A model generated the notes under the pieces. It did not search any database. It had not been told where the DNA came from and saw nothing but the letters and a program-made list of their open reading frames with translations. Position numbers and translations under genes: made by a program. Below, in pieces: positions 24,631 to 37,713 of a stretch of 64,000 bases of DNA. Position 1 is the first letter of the stretch, and each line of letters starts with the position of its first letter. The DNA lies in the NCBI GenBank assembly GCA_026770705.1, contig JANJGN010000013.1:58714001-58778000 (forward strand). The letters are read 5' to 3'. This DNA is from Isurus oxyrinchus (Eukaryota).

Positions 24631-26314
24631 CTGTTTGAAAGGAAAACTAGGTTTAGCAGTGTTAGGGAATTCCTTTGGTTTTGCATAACAGTTTTTCCAA
24701 ACAACATAATTCGAGTTCTGTCTTTTAGCGAGAATAATAAATAGATCCCTTCGCTCTGCGCGTTCCTCCCAGGAACGCTGAAGTGGAAGAGAAATTCAGT
24801 TTTAATGGCTGACCGGAGTTGAAACTTTGGGTCTGAGCAGGTTTGCACAAAGCAAAACAATAAATGCCCATTATGTTTCGCTACGTCACCTCTGGATAAT
24901 GCAAACTATATCTTTGTTGTTGATATATTGTTGACAATAACAAGGTGAATAACAGGTTGTCGCGTCTCCACATTGAGTTGCTGCTCTACCAGTAACAATT
25001 AGAAAACGAATTAGAAACACTAAACATACATTCAATCTGTTCAAATGGATTACCATGTGATGGAAAGCCCATCAGTTTTAATACAAGTCGTGTGGGTAGG
25101 TGTTACTGATGAACTTTTATGTTATAATTCTGAACAGTGTAGGTGCACTTGCTCAGGTAGTTTCACCCTATGAGATTCTCCCCTCTTGGGCCAGGCAGTT
25201 TTAACCCCACACCGGAAACTGACGCCGCAACCTAGGCTGAAATTCCAGCGAAGGGCATGCGGCTCTGGCCATTGTGACAGCCTTTGGATAAGAATTAAAC
25301 CGAGATCCTCGTCAAATGGGATAAAATATTCCATTTCAGCATTGGAGGAAGTCGCCACAGACTGTCCTCATTGTGTGAAAGCAGATTAACCAGTGATTGA
25401 TCACAATACTGTCCGTGGGAAATTGGTGGCGCGATGGCTGCGGGGATCATTATGGGGGTCTCATTACCAAAAAATATTTCCGCAAACGCTCTGGCATGTT
25501 TCGGATAGAATCCGCGAAATAAAAACAACCAATTCTTCGTAGTCTTTAAATATTGCATGGCCTGTAGGAGGAAGTGATGGAGGAAATCTTGACTTGTGCC
25601 ACAGTGTAAAACGGGTGATAAACGACAGACATTTTTACATTGAATTCAACGGAAAGAGAAGTCGGAAGCAATAAAAATCGGCTGTCGACCCCACATCCGC
25701 CGTTAAACTGAGAGAGAGCTAGGGAACCAGTCTTCCCCACACTTGCCCCCGACACCATCAAAGGGACATTACAGAACTTGGAAGGGTGTTATCCTTAAAT
25801 TGCTACTTCCCCCACAGGTCGGCCTTGACACCAGAAGGCAGTATTTAAGAGGCAATCGGGAAATTAGGAAACGGAAAAGGAGTAAAATGTGGGTGATGCA
25901 CGGGCACCAACTGCCGAGAGAGTTGGAAAAATGAGACACTGGCTTTTCTGCTCCTGCTCGATGGAAGATCGATGAAATCCAGGGACATGCGCGTCCGCTC
26001 TTGGCTGGAAATGCAGCCACCTGGTGCACACTAACCCCGACACGAAGATCCACCACACTGCACCCTCCGTGCGCCTTCAGCCTGCCTCAACTCAGAGGTA
26101 GAATCACCCTGATCACGGCAACCCGGTAGAAACATTCCACCGGAATTTGTGAGTTCCTCCAGTCAGAATGTTGGGGAACACTGAGACACTGAGGATGTGG
26201 AGGATGCAGACACCTTACTGCTGAGACCAGCAAGCAGGAGGCATTGGAATGGTGAGTTAATGGGCGACGAGTCAGTGCAGAGCACGCCGAAGGGTTCGCA
26301 TAAACTTTGGGTTC

Positions 26315-28367
26315 ATTAAAAACACAACAAATAATGAAGCAGAGCTCGAATTGTCTCCTCGCTACCCACTTTTCTTACGTCAGCAACCAGCCACACGCAT
26401 GCAACAGTCCAACACTGGGTGAATATGGGAAATGTACCTTTACCTTCTTCTCTAATGAAACGAGTGTTAGCTTACACTGGCTGCTTCAGCCGTATGCAAA
26501 CAATAAAGGATATGCACGAATACTTATCTCAGCGACTTCGAATAACGGAGGAAGACATGCGGCTTTGGCTGTACAACAGTGAGAACTACCTTGCACTACT
26601 AGATGATGAGGATCACACGTTAGAAGATTTGAAAATTCTGTATGAGCAGCACTTGGTGATTGAAGTTCGCAACCACGATATGTGTTGGCCGGAGGAAATG
26701 TCATCCATTGCAAATAGTAACAAAATGCACAGACACAAGGTTCCAACTGAAAAGGGTGCTACAGGATTAAGTAACCTGGGAAACACATGTTTTATGAATT
26801 ATTGTATCCAGTGTGTCAGTAACACACAGCCGCTCACGCGTTACTTCATCTCAGGGAGGCACCTTTATGAACTCAACGGGGCTAACCCATTAGGAATGAA
26901 AGGTCATGAAAGAGCTATGGGGATCTTATCCAAGAATTGTGGAGTGGAACTCAGAAGAATATAGCACCGCTTAAACTCAGGTAGACAATAGCAAAATACG
27001 CTACAAGATTTAATGGCTTTCAGCAGCACGACCCCCAAGAGCTCCTAGCATTCTTGTTGGATGGTCTTCACGAAGAACTCAACAGAGTTCATGACAAGCC
27101 ATATGTAGAACCGAAGGAAAGCGATGGTCGTCCAGATTTTGAGGTTGCAGCAGAGGCATGGGAAAATCACTTAAGGAGAAATAAATCAATTGTGGTTGAC
27201 CTGTTTCACAGACAGCTAAAATCGCAAGTCAAATGTAAAACATGCGGACACATCAGTGTTCGATGTGATCCATTCAACTTCTTGTGTTTGCCTCTGCCAA
27301 TGGATAAGTATATGCACTTGTAAATCACAGTTATCAAATTAGATGGTTCCACACCAGTGCGATATGGTTTACGATTGAATATAGATGAGAAATATACAGG
27401 TCTGAAAAAACAATTAAGCGAATTGTGTGGACTGAAGTCAGAACAGATCTTGCTGGGAGAGGTTCATGGTTCTAATATTTAAAAAATTCCCTCAAGATAA
27501 CCAGAAAGTGCGACTGTCAGTGAGTGGTTTTCTGTGTGCTTTTGAAATCCCTGTTTCACCAATCTCTGCCAGTTTTCCTGTACAAACAGATTCGTCCCAG
27601 GTGCCATTATGTAACAGAAGGCATAAGCAGTCCTCAAATGCAAATCCAGTGAAACCAAGCCTCATTCCCAATGGAATTTCGAGTACTGTGGTGTTGGCTG
27701 GGATTGATAAGAATCTCTCTAATGAACTGCCTAATGGACATTTGCCAGCAGTTACTGACAGCCTTTTCACAGGATATATTATTGCAGTTCACAGAAAAAT
27801 GATGTGGACAGAATTGTATTTTCTGTCCTCGCAGGAAAATCACCCCAGCTTATTTGGCATGCCACTCATTGTGCCCTGCACTGTACATACTCGCAAGAAG
27901 GACCTCTATGATTCTGTATGGATACAGGTTTCACGGCTTGCCAGCCCTCTGCCACTCCAGGAAGCAAACAACCATGCTCAAGACTGTGATGACAGTATGG
28001 GCTATCAGTATCCATTCACTCTTTGAGTTGTTCACAAAAATGCATATACATATTCATGGTGTTCATGGTATAGATTTTTTAGAGGATGCATGATTGACTG
28101 TTCTGATGAACGAGCTTCTGTTGGGAATGCTTACATAGCCATTGACTGGGATCCAACTGCTCTACATCTTCGTTATGAAACATCACAAGAGAGGATCTGT
28201 GAGGAACACGAAAGTGTCGAACAGAGCCGACGAGCTCAAGCAGAGTCCATTAATTTGGACAGCTGTCTCTGGGCATTCACTAATGAGGAGGAGTTGGGGG
28301 AAGACGAGCTCTATTATTGTTCAAAATGTAAACCCATCGCCTGGCAACAAAGAAGCTTGATCTCTGA
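26315..28367 (+). pseudogene. USP32: Processed (intronless) internal fragment of ubiquitin-specific protease 32
   Basis: Contains [17 protein letters not shown], the Cys box [55 protein letters not shown] and ELYYCSKCK...LATKKLDL. About 2 kb of colinear coding sequence without introns, with several stops and frameshifts, and no His box, 3' UTR or poly(A). Confidence 0.93.
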
Positions 28368-29394
28368 TCTCCAAGATGTGCCCGTGAGCAGAGAATTGAA
28401 TTCCGGTCACTGCTAACTTCTATTTCGCTTCCTCCGTAAAATGTGTAACAATTACTGTTATTCCCCCTGTTGTCGGTTAAAATGTGTTATTGCTGAAAAT
28501 TAAAGGCTCCTTGTGTCAGACTAATACCTTCATTTAATTTCAGTTTTTAAAGTTGTCTAAAATTTTAAAGCGTTTCTAAAGTTTCTGGTGAAAGGTGATC
28601 GACCTGAAACGTTAATTCTGTTTCTTTCTCCACAGCTGCTGTCTGTTGCTATTCTGACATTTTCGTTTCTATTCTAAAATTTAAATTAGTTGAACGTAAT
28701 ATTTGCAGCATTTGCCTTTATTATGTGTTTCGAAATATACTCCTGTAAATGGTTGTTCAAATTTCTAACGAGGTTTCCTATTTCAATAAAACAATGTTAT
28801 AATTAAAATATATTTCTTGTGGCCTCGTTCCTCAAAGTTGCCTGAAATTTCTGGTCTAATTTAATATTTGCAGACGTTTGCATTTATTTGTTTGAATTTT
28901 CACTTAAAGTTATGAAACCTTTGTGTGATAAAACAGCGCCTGTCGCTTCTGGGTATGATTGCTATGGGTGTTCATTGGGTAAAGTGGTCCGCCGCAGGTT
29001 GAGCTCTGATCTTGCATTCTGCAGAGCTGCCACTTAACCTTCGCATCAGCGCTCGCAGCAGACGAAATTGCTCCCTCCAATGGCCCCTCCTTTGCTTACC
29101 AAAATTCAGACTTTCAACCATCGCAGAGTTGTGGATCCTGCAGCACACTAAACTGTCTTGGCTACAGGCTCCAGGGAGTATTGGAGGACACCCTCAAATC
29201 TATCCAAACATCTGAAGCGGCTTTTCCGCACGCTACTGGCCTTCGCAGCAACCGTCTGAGGGATTCAAGGACTCACTATTAGCGTCCTTCTCTTTCCGTC
29301 TGTGGCTTGTAAAAAGGCATCAGCAGGGAGAAAGCTTCACACAAACCTCCCACACTTCCGCTGGCTGCCCATCCCTAAGCATGCATATATTGTA

Positions 29395-29990
29395 ACTAAT
29401 GATGTGCGGCAAAGTTCAGTGTCGGGGCCTCGGCGATTTATATCCTATATTAATGGCTTAACCGAAGAGACCGAGAGTACTGTGCTCAAGTTTGCTGATG
29501 ATACAAAGCCAGATGGGAATGTAAGCTATGAGAGGGAGGGTACACCGAGGCTCAAGGAGTTGTAAAGTGAGTGGACAGCAAATGGTAGATGAATGTGGGA
29601 AAACGAGCGCTTATTCACTTCGGTGTTAAGAATAGGAACGCAGAATATTCTTAAAAGGCATGAAAAATCAGAGGGACCTGAGTGTATTAGTACAAGGAAC
29701 ACAATGTTATCGTGCAGATACAGCAAGCAGTTAGGAAAGAAAATGGCTTGTTGGACTTTTCTTGCAAGGGGATTGGAATACGAGGACACGAAATTCTTGT
29801 TTCAATTGTACAAGGCTTGGGGGCGTTGGGACAAGACCATGCCTGAATTACAGTGCACAGGTTGCCTGCATGCGTAAGGATGGATGTACTTGCGCTAGTG
29901 AATTGGGTCTCTGCTCTCAGGAATTTAAAAAATGAAAGCTGAGCTCATTGAAACGGAGAAGATTCGAAAGGGGCTTGACATGGTTGACAT
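29395..29990 (+). mobile_element. CR1-like LINE RT fragment
   Basis: QSSVSGPRRFISYINGL...LKFADDTK. Shorter homologous pieces lie at ~12710-12910 and ~43800-44030. Confidence 0.7.
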
Positions 29991-30039
29991 TGAAAGGGCG
30001 ATGTCCCCCTTCCTCCAGCACAAATCAAGCTGCACTGCC

Positions 30040-30200
30040 CCCCACCCCCCACCCCCACCTTAAACCAGCTTATATTTCACCCCTCTCCTGTTTTTACTTA
30101 GTTCTGTTGAAGGGTCATGAGGACTCGAAACGTCAACTTTGTTCTTCTCCGCCGGTGCTGCCAGACCTGCTGAGTTTTTCCAGGTATTTCTGTTTTTGTT
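30040..30200 (+). mobile_element. Penelope pLTR fragment
   Basis: CTTAAACCAGCTTATATTTC...AGTTCTGTTGAAGGGTCATGAGGACTCGAAACGTCAAC matches the pLTR at 9500-9640. Confidence 0.8.
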
Positions 30201-31314
30201 CCCGCATTCAAATCCGGATGTTCGGGCTTTGGGAGCTGCTGTCAATTTCAGGGGAGTAATGACAGCAAACGCGGACTGTTTCGCCGCCATTAGACCCGCA
30301 AATCTCCGAGCCATTATCTAGTTCCATTTAGAGTCCCAAAAAACAGAAATCCCGTCACGTTTCGGCTTTCTCATTTCCAGCCAGAATAGATACATTGTAC
30401 AAAGTTGCTGCTCATTATCCAATCTCTCTATCGCCTCAATAATTCTGTTGACTCCATTGTGTATTTTCTCAATAGCTGTAACATTTTACCCATGGCAAGA
30501 ACAATTGTACACAGCTTTTTAAGTGCGGTATTACCGATGACTTGTAAAGTGGCAAGATTATCGCACTATTTCAACTGAATGTTGGTCTTTAAAAAGTTCC
30601 CAAATACTCATTTTCATTAGTCACTGTCACCAAACATTATTGAGATAGTTTCAATGTATCAATCAGAGGCCCAGCTTTCTTTCATTTTCTATGTGCATTA
30701 TTTTCTTGCTTTTTTAAATAATAGTCCCTTCCTGGATTGTTTTCCCCACTTTTAATTTCTCAATATTCTATCTCATCTAGTAGATTTCTGCACAATTCCA
30801 AGGTACATTTAAGTTCTTCCTTTGGTTACTCTGTTCAGCTTTGGAGCCTCCCAACTTCCTCAGTTTTCTGTCAATTATAGATTTTGCCATGGTACTCTTG
30901 ACTCTTCGCTCCAGGTCCTATATAAAGATGTTAAACAAAATATGCCCTCAGCCAATCACTATTGGGCACCTTGCTACCATTCTCTGAGAATTATGACAAT
31001 CTCTGGGACACAAACCTCTAGGTTCCATCGACTTACCAATTACATATTGTCACAATGATGTGATTTGTCCATGGGCGGTATTGATCTTTCATTTCATTGG
31101 CTGATCAAACACATATTGAATTCCTTACGAAGGACTTTTAAAAACCAAGCAAAAATTCTGACTTAAGATGACTGCCAAAGGTTACCTGATGTCTGGTATT
31201 AACGGTTGATTAGTTCCCCGCAAGGTTCCAATATGGAATACAATTAAGACATACCCAGTCACCCTCATGAAATTTCACGCCTGCTGTTGTCGAGAACTAT
31301 TAGAAAAGATTATG

Positions 31315-31625
31315 AAAACAGAAAATGCTGGAAAAACTCGGCAGGTCAGACAGCATCTGTGGAGAGAAAAATAGAGTTAACGTTTCATGTGCGTATGACT
31401 CTTCTTCAGAGCTAAAGAGAAGTAGAAATGTGATGAAATTTTACTACAACAGGCCGAAGGAGACAAATGGAAATCCTGTCAGAGAGAAGAGCAGCACTTC
31501 TTCAAGATAGGCATTCTTGGAAGAGAAGTCGCAGTGAATTAAACACTAAAGTAAAAGCAAAATACTGTGGATACTGGAAATCTGAAATAAAAACAGAAAA
31601 TGCTGAAAACAGTCGCCAGGTCTGC
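31315..31625 (-). mobile_element. Older Penelope-like fragments with a canonical hammerhead core
   Basis: The reverse complement contains CTGAAGA-AGAGTC...GAAACGTTAACTC (~31374-31413); 31465-31590 resembles the pLTR/ORF-start junction at 60700-60830. Confidence 0.65.
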
Positions 31626-32665
31626 TTTTTACTTCAAAAGATTCACTGGAACTCACACTTGCATTTTATAAGGCTACCTCTCACAGAATGTTTAGTAGGG
31701 CAATAGCGATATAGAAAGATGTTTTTCTTGCCTCATCAAGATTGATAATGAATCATTCAGAAGGTAATGGCGGGGACATTATAGGCCATGGGATTATAGC
31801 CACCGTCTGTTCGGATATGAGCTAAGCAAATACCTTCCGAAACTATTAAGGTGAATGAGGTAATGTGACTGGAGTAATCAATATTCAAATTTATTTTAAT
31901 CAACACATGTTGCTGAAACAGTAGTCTGGGAAGAACCTGGTTGTTGGACAGTAACACTCTCCCTCTCCCCTTCTCTCCCAAGTTACGAACCTATCTCTGC
32001 TACAGTTTAAAAACCCAGCACAGAGATAATGAATTTCCATTTAAAAGGGCATCAAAATTCATCAACTATTGGAAAAGTCGAATTACATTTTGAAATAGAA
32101 TTGTCTCTGGTAATTGCAGTTTTGCATGGGCTTCACCTCCTAGAATCTCAAGATCACAGTGGGGAAAATTCTGCTGCCACAGACACCAGCAAAGGACTCA
32201 TAACAGTCAACTCTCTTTATATTTTACCGTTTAGCACTGAATATTAATTTGGTTAAGGAAGCAACTAGTCACTGTATAACTTTCAATTCTATGTGCATTT
32301 GTACGTGGGTGAGTGCCTTTTGAAGTTCAGATAGGGATTTCTATTTTTAAATATATTTATATCGTTACCTGGGTGGGTTTTTAACTTAGAAAACTATCCA
32401 ATTTTCTTGTTCCAACCTCATGAAACCTTGCCAGACTAGTTTATTTCAAATCAGCATATAAATTTGTAAGCACAGTCAGTGACCTTCATCCTCTCTGAAT
32501 TCACAAAAAGTCCTGTTACCATCAGGTTTGGAGTGGTAGGACAGGGGAGTCATGTTTTCCTAACCTCACGTGGGTGTAACACTATCCATTATAAAACATT
32601 TTCAATCATTACTGCATTATTCATTTCCAGTGTCCACTCTTTTCAAACGCCTCATTGAAATCCAA

Positions 32666-32907
32666 AGATAAAAACAAAGAAAACTGCGGATGCTGGAAAT
32701 CCAAAACAAAAACAGAATTATCTGGAAAAACTCAGCAGGTCTGGCAGCATCGGCGGAGAAGAAAAGAGTTGACGTTTCGAGTCCTCATGACCCTTCGAAA
32801 TCAAGTTCTGTCGAAGGGTCATGAGGACTCCAAACGTCAACTCTTTTCTTCTCCGCCGATGCTGCCAGACCTGCTGAGTTTTTCCAGGTAATTCTGTTTT
32901 TGTTTTG
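32666..32907. mobile_element. Hairpin (inverted pair) Penelope pLTR insertion
   Basis: Two opposed pLTR ends flanked by the 14-bp TSD TCATTGAAATCCAA (32652-32665 / 32908-32921); empty site at ~102-115. Confidence 0.9.
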
Positions 32908-35900
32908 TCATTGAAATCCAAGTCAAGACATTGAAGCTATCAAGGTACTTTGCCAAACAAACCTAATAAGTTAGGCTGATGACCTTATATTCATCACCTT
33001 AATTCCCTATCTTTTATGATCTTATTTCTCTCCAGATGTTCGATTATCATGAATAATGATTTCCACAATTTCCCACACAATAGATGACAAATTCACTGCC
33101 TGTATTTCCATGGATCACTTTTGCTAGCTTTAAAAACTGTCTGTTTCTTCCCCGTTCCCTGAGACCTCCCCGGTATGCAACAATTTCTGGAAGATTTATG
33201 TCGGTGGTCCTGCAATTCCGTCCTTTATTCGCTGAAGAGTTTTTGGATGCAATTTCGCAAGCCACTGGGTGCGTTCCTATTATGTTTTCATGGGTTTTTG
33301 AACATAATTTGTTCTCATTTGAGAGACTCTTCCTTTAATGAAAATCCTGACCCAGGCGAAGGAACGGTCACATGTTGTATAAATCCATACAGTGAAATAA
33401 AGATAGCTAGAGTTCATAGCACTGTTTGGCGTGGACTCTTATTCTCTAACAATTTTGACATAATTGTTTCTGCAATTTAGTTGAAAAAACACATTCCTTT
33501 ATTTATTTGCCTTTGACAAGTAGAAAGGTCTTACTGATTTATTTTCCCTGACTCCCATCAAGTACATCCGTAAGATCCGACTGACCACCCCAGATCCCTT
33601 CTTGGCCCTTGGCTAGCTAATATCATAAATGGTTATCAGTCCTCAAGCACTATCTGGCTCCTACCATTCAAAGCTGCTGTCATCACTACTGGCCTCAAAA
33701 TAATGCCTTCAACCCTTCTGCCTTTGTAACTTACCAGCCATCTCCAAATTCCTTGAACATGATGTTGATGCTGAAACCCACGCTCAATCGTTTGCGCGAT
33801 TCCAGGTTTGAATCTTTACAATCCAGTTTCCGCCCCGCCATGGCGAAGTAACAAATTACACTCTCTGTGATTGTGTCTGTGGTTCAGAATGCTTCCTTTC
33901 TCTTCTCGACCTCTCTGCTGCCGTTGACATGGTTACCCACCTCTGCTTCCACCAAAAGCTCTCTTCTGTCCACGCAGGTGAGGCTGTCTTCCCTTATTTC
34001 TTGTATTAAATGAACAAAGGGAATAGGAGTAGGCCGTTCAGCCCCTCGGTCCTGGTCCATTATTAAGGTAGATCATGGCTCACATTCTACCTTAACACCA
34101 TTTTCCGCTCTACTCCCATATCCCTTGAAAGTTTCCAATATCTAGAAATCTGTCAATTCCTGTCTTCATCTGTGGAATCAGGGACGGAACATCTCCAGCA
34201 ATTGATTCCCTCGCCAGCGTTATATCTTGAGTCACGAATAACCCATTAGAAGCCTTTCGTCTTTCACCTTTGCATAGTACTCCTTGGGTCTATCATTTAC
34301 AGCACCGAACAGAAACAGATTACTTAGCCATCTAGTCTGCACTGGCTCTTTGGGAGAGCAGCCCCGTGAATCCCACTCTACTCATCTTATCGCATTTTTC
34401 AGTAAATTTTCCACTTTGTAATTATATGGCGGCTTGTTTTGGAACCCTTCACAGTCAATGAAATACTTTTTGAAGTGTAGTCTCTGTTGTGACGCAGGCA
34501 TCAAGGCAACAAATTTGTGCACAGCAAACTTCCGTAAGCAGAAACTTTATCAGGACAACATCATCATTCCTAGTGATGCTTCAGGAGCTTTAAGTGTTGG
34601 CCCAGGGCACAAGAATAATTTGCCTTGTTTATCGTCCAATAGTGTCATCGATTTTGTTTTACACCCACGTGCGAGAACAGGTAGAGACTCGCTTTGATAT
34701 CTCATCCAAATGATGGCACCATCTGCAGTGTCAGCTGCGATTAAATTAAAGCAATGCTGTGGAAATGATGTTAATTCGTTTGTATCCACAAAACGTAAGG
34801 TTATTTATCTGTTTTTCTTCTCTTTGTCCAAACCCTATGCTATTCATCAATTTAATTGTTAAATGTCTATAGCCGCCGCTTTGCTATCGTGGACAGTATC
34901 GTAGAGCGTTCCTCAGCTAGCACGTGAGATATCGCACATGTCCAGCTACAGGACAGAGCATGGTCAATCTGCTCATCGGCTAATACGTTGTGCAATTTAA
35001 AATAGATATTGTTTAGTCTATGATGAAACCCTCATCATTAAACACGCGGACAATCCGTCTCAAAGCAGAGGACAGATTTCATCCTTTCTGTAAAAACCTT
35101 GAGCAAATAGATTTTCAACTTCTTCGGCGTGAGTGATTTATATAATGAAGCAAATTAAAAAATAAATTCCTTCCTAGTTCCTTCGTCAATAATCAATACG
35201 TAATGCCTGGACATAAGAACATAAAAATTAGAAGCAGGAAGATGTCATTTGGATCTTTGAGTCTGCTGCGACATTCAACAACATTCTACCTCAACTCTAC
35301 CTTCCAAAGCTATCCCAAAATTTGTTAATTCACTTAAAAAAATCTGTGAATCTCTGTCTTGAACATACACAGCGACTACACTTCCACAGCTCTCTGCTGT
35401 TAAGAATTTCAAAGATTCCACAAATACTAGTGCCAGGGCTGAGAAATTGCAGCTATGAGGAAACTTGGGTGGCCTAGGGTTGTTTTCCTTAGAGCAGATG
35501 GGACTAAAGTTTGAGTTCATTGAGGTGTACAAAATTATGAGGGGCCTAGATAGAGTAGACTGTTTCCCTTAGCAGCGAGGTCAATTATTGGGGGTATAGA
35601 TTGAAGGTGATTGGTAGAAAGATTAGAAGAATATTAGTAAAACTCTTTTCCCCCAGAGAGTGGTATGTGTCCGGAATTCACTGGTTCAGACAGAAACCCT
35701 GAACTCCTTTAAAAGGCACATGGGTCTGCGCCTGAAGTTCTATAACCTGTACGACTGCGGACAGGGTGTTGGAGCTGGGGTTAGAATGGGCGGCTAGTTC
35801 TTGTTTCAGCTGGCGCAGACACAAAGGGCTGAATGGCCTTTTCTGTGCAATAACTTTTCTGTGGTTTAATGGTTCTACCTTGTAGATTGCGGAGGCACAA

Positions 35901-37078
35901 ACATTCATCCTTGCATCAAACCGCTAGCTCCAGCCTGCCAATCTAAAAATGACCCATTTATTCCTATTTTCTGTTTGTGTCCATTCACCAATCTCAATTC
36001 ATGTTAATATATATTGCGACCAATCCCATGGGCCGTAATTTTGCGTAATAAATGCTTGTGTGGCACATGATTTAATGTTTTATTTGTGAAAATGCTACAA
36101 ATGCACATCCATGGATTCCACCTTAGCCTCCTTCCGAGTGACATACTCCAACACTGATTTTCTAACTGCCCTGTTATCATGCTCCAAATAAGGAGATGCT
36201 AGCATCTATCACTGATGTTAGGCCAACGGCTTAAATTTCCCCAATTCTTTATTCATCCTTTCTTAAATGTCTGGGTTATGTTTGCAACCTTTCAATCCTT
36301 GGGAACTCTTCTAGAATCTAAGGGATTCTGGAGGCACTGTATCAATGCATCTCTGCAGCTACCTCGTGTAAAAGCCTGTAAATGCAGTTCGCCAGATCCA
36401 GGGGATTTTCGACAAGTTATTCCCATGAGTTTCACCTGTACCACGTAGTAACTTGTATTGCTTAATTTTTATTCTTCATTCTCGCTGAACCATTCGTTCC
36501 TAGCTATTTCCGGGTTGTTTTTGCGTCTGCTATCTTGAAAACAGATATCCAGTCTGTATTTAGTTCCTCTTCCATTCCCTTAATCAGCATTATGACTTCA
36601 CCTGTTTATGCTGCTAATCTTGCGACATTTATATCCATTAATCTAGTCCTATTTATATACATATAGAAACATTAATAATCTGTTGTTGTGACTCTTGCTA
36701 TTCTACTCTCTAATCCTCCTTCCCCGTTACAGATCAATCTCTAGGGCCTCTTGCTGAATCTCTTGCTGAATTCTAAAATCGTCCCAATCCTCGGGCATAC
36801 TACTGGTTTGGAGATATATACCCAGCCTGACACACAAACATTTGCAGTGTGAACAAGATGAACAGAAAAGTTCCAACCGCAATGGCTAATTGCTTAAATC
36901 TCCGAAATACAATCAATTACTACCCTTTTCGTTACATGAAAGAAATGAATAGGAATGAACAAATATTCTCAGCTGGGTCAAGTACAGTCTCCGAAATCAC
37001 ACACAGCTGGATCTTGAGATGCTTGATCGGAACGGGTTTGCCTGAGTCTCATGTTTAACCAGACAGGAGTAAAGCTCG

Positions 37079-37508
37079 AGATAAAGACAAAACAAAACTG
37101 CGGATGCTGGAAATCCAAAACAAAAACAGAATTACCTGGAAAAACTCAGCAGGTCTTGCAGCATCGGCGGAGAAGAAAAGAGTTGACGTTTCGAGTCCTC
37201 ATGACCCTTCGACAGAACTTGATTTCGAGTCCAAGAAAGAGTTGAAATATAAGCTGGTTTAAGGTGTGTGTGTGGGGGGGCGGAGAGATAGAATATCACT
37301 GCTTGTTTGTCTACACAAGCACCTCTCTCTCTCTCTATCTCTCCGCCCCCACACACACACACCTTAAACCAGCTTATATTTCAACTCTTTCTTGGACTCG
37401 AAATCAAGTTCTGTCGAAGGGTCATGAGGACTCGAAACGTCAACTCTTTTCTTCTCCGCCGATGCTGCCAGACCTGCTGAGTTTTTCCAGGTAATTCCGT
37501 TTTTGTTT
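37079..37508. mobile_element. Hairpin Penelope pLTR insertion inside C3
   Basis: Inverted arms of ~170 bp; 14-bp TSD AGGAGTAAAGCTCG (37065-37078 / 37509-37522). Confidence 0.9.
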
Positions 37509-37575
37509 AGGAGTAAAGCTCGTGTGAGTTCCAGTCTGAGGTTGACAGGGTCAGATAGCTGCTCACACTGAACGT

Positions 37576-37713
37576 TCAACAGAACTCAGTTCTGTTGAAG
37601 GGTCATGAGGACTCGAAACGTCAACTCTTTTTTTCTCCGCCGATGCTGCTGAGTTTTTCCAGGTAATTCTGTTTTTGTTTTGGATTTCCAGCATCCGCAG
37701 TTTTTTGTTTTTA
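37576..37713 (+). mobile_element. Short Penelope pLTR insertion inside C3
   Basis: 13-bp TSD TCACACTGAACGT (37563-37575 / 37714-37726); begins with the mini-hairpin TCAACAGAACT-C-AGTTCTGTTGA. Confidence 0.88.

Noticed and set aside
27638-27645. Perfect octamer ATGCAAAT
   Set aside because: It lies inside USP32-derived coding sequence with no Ig promoter nearby, so it is probably chance.
32666-32907. Inverted-repeat inserts as DNA-transposon MITEs
   Set aside because: The arms match the Penelope pLTR, are unequal in length and have variable-length TSDs.
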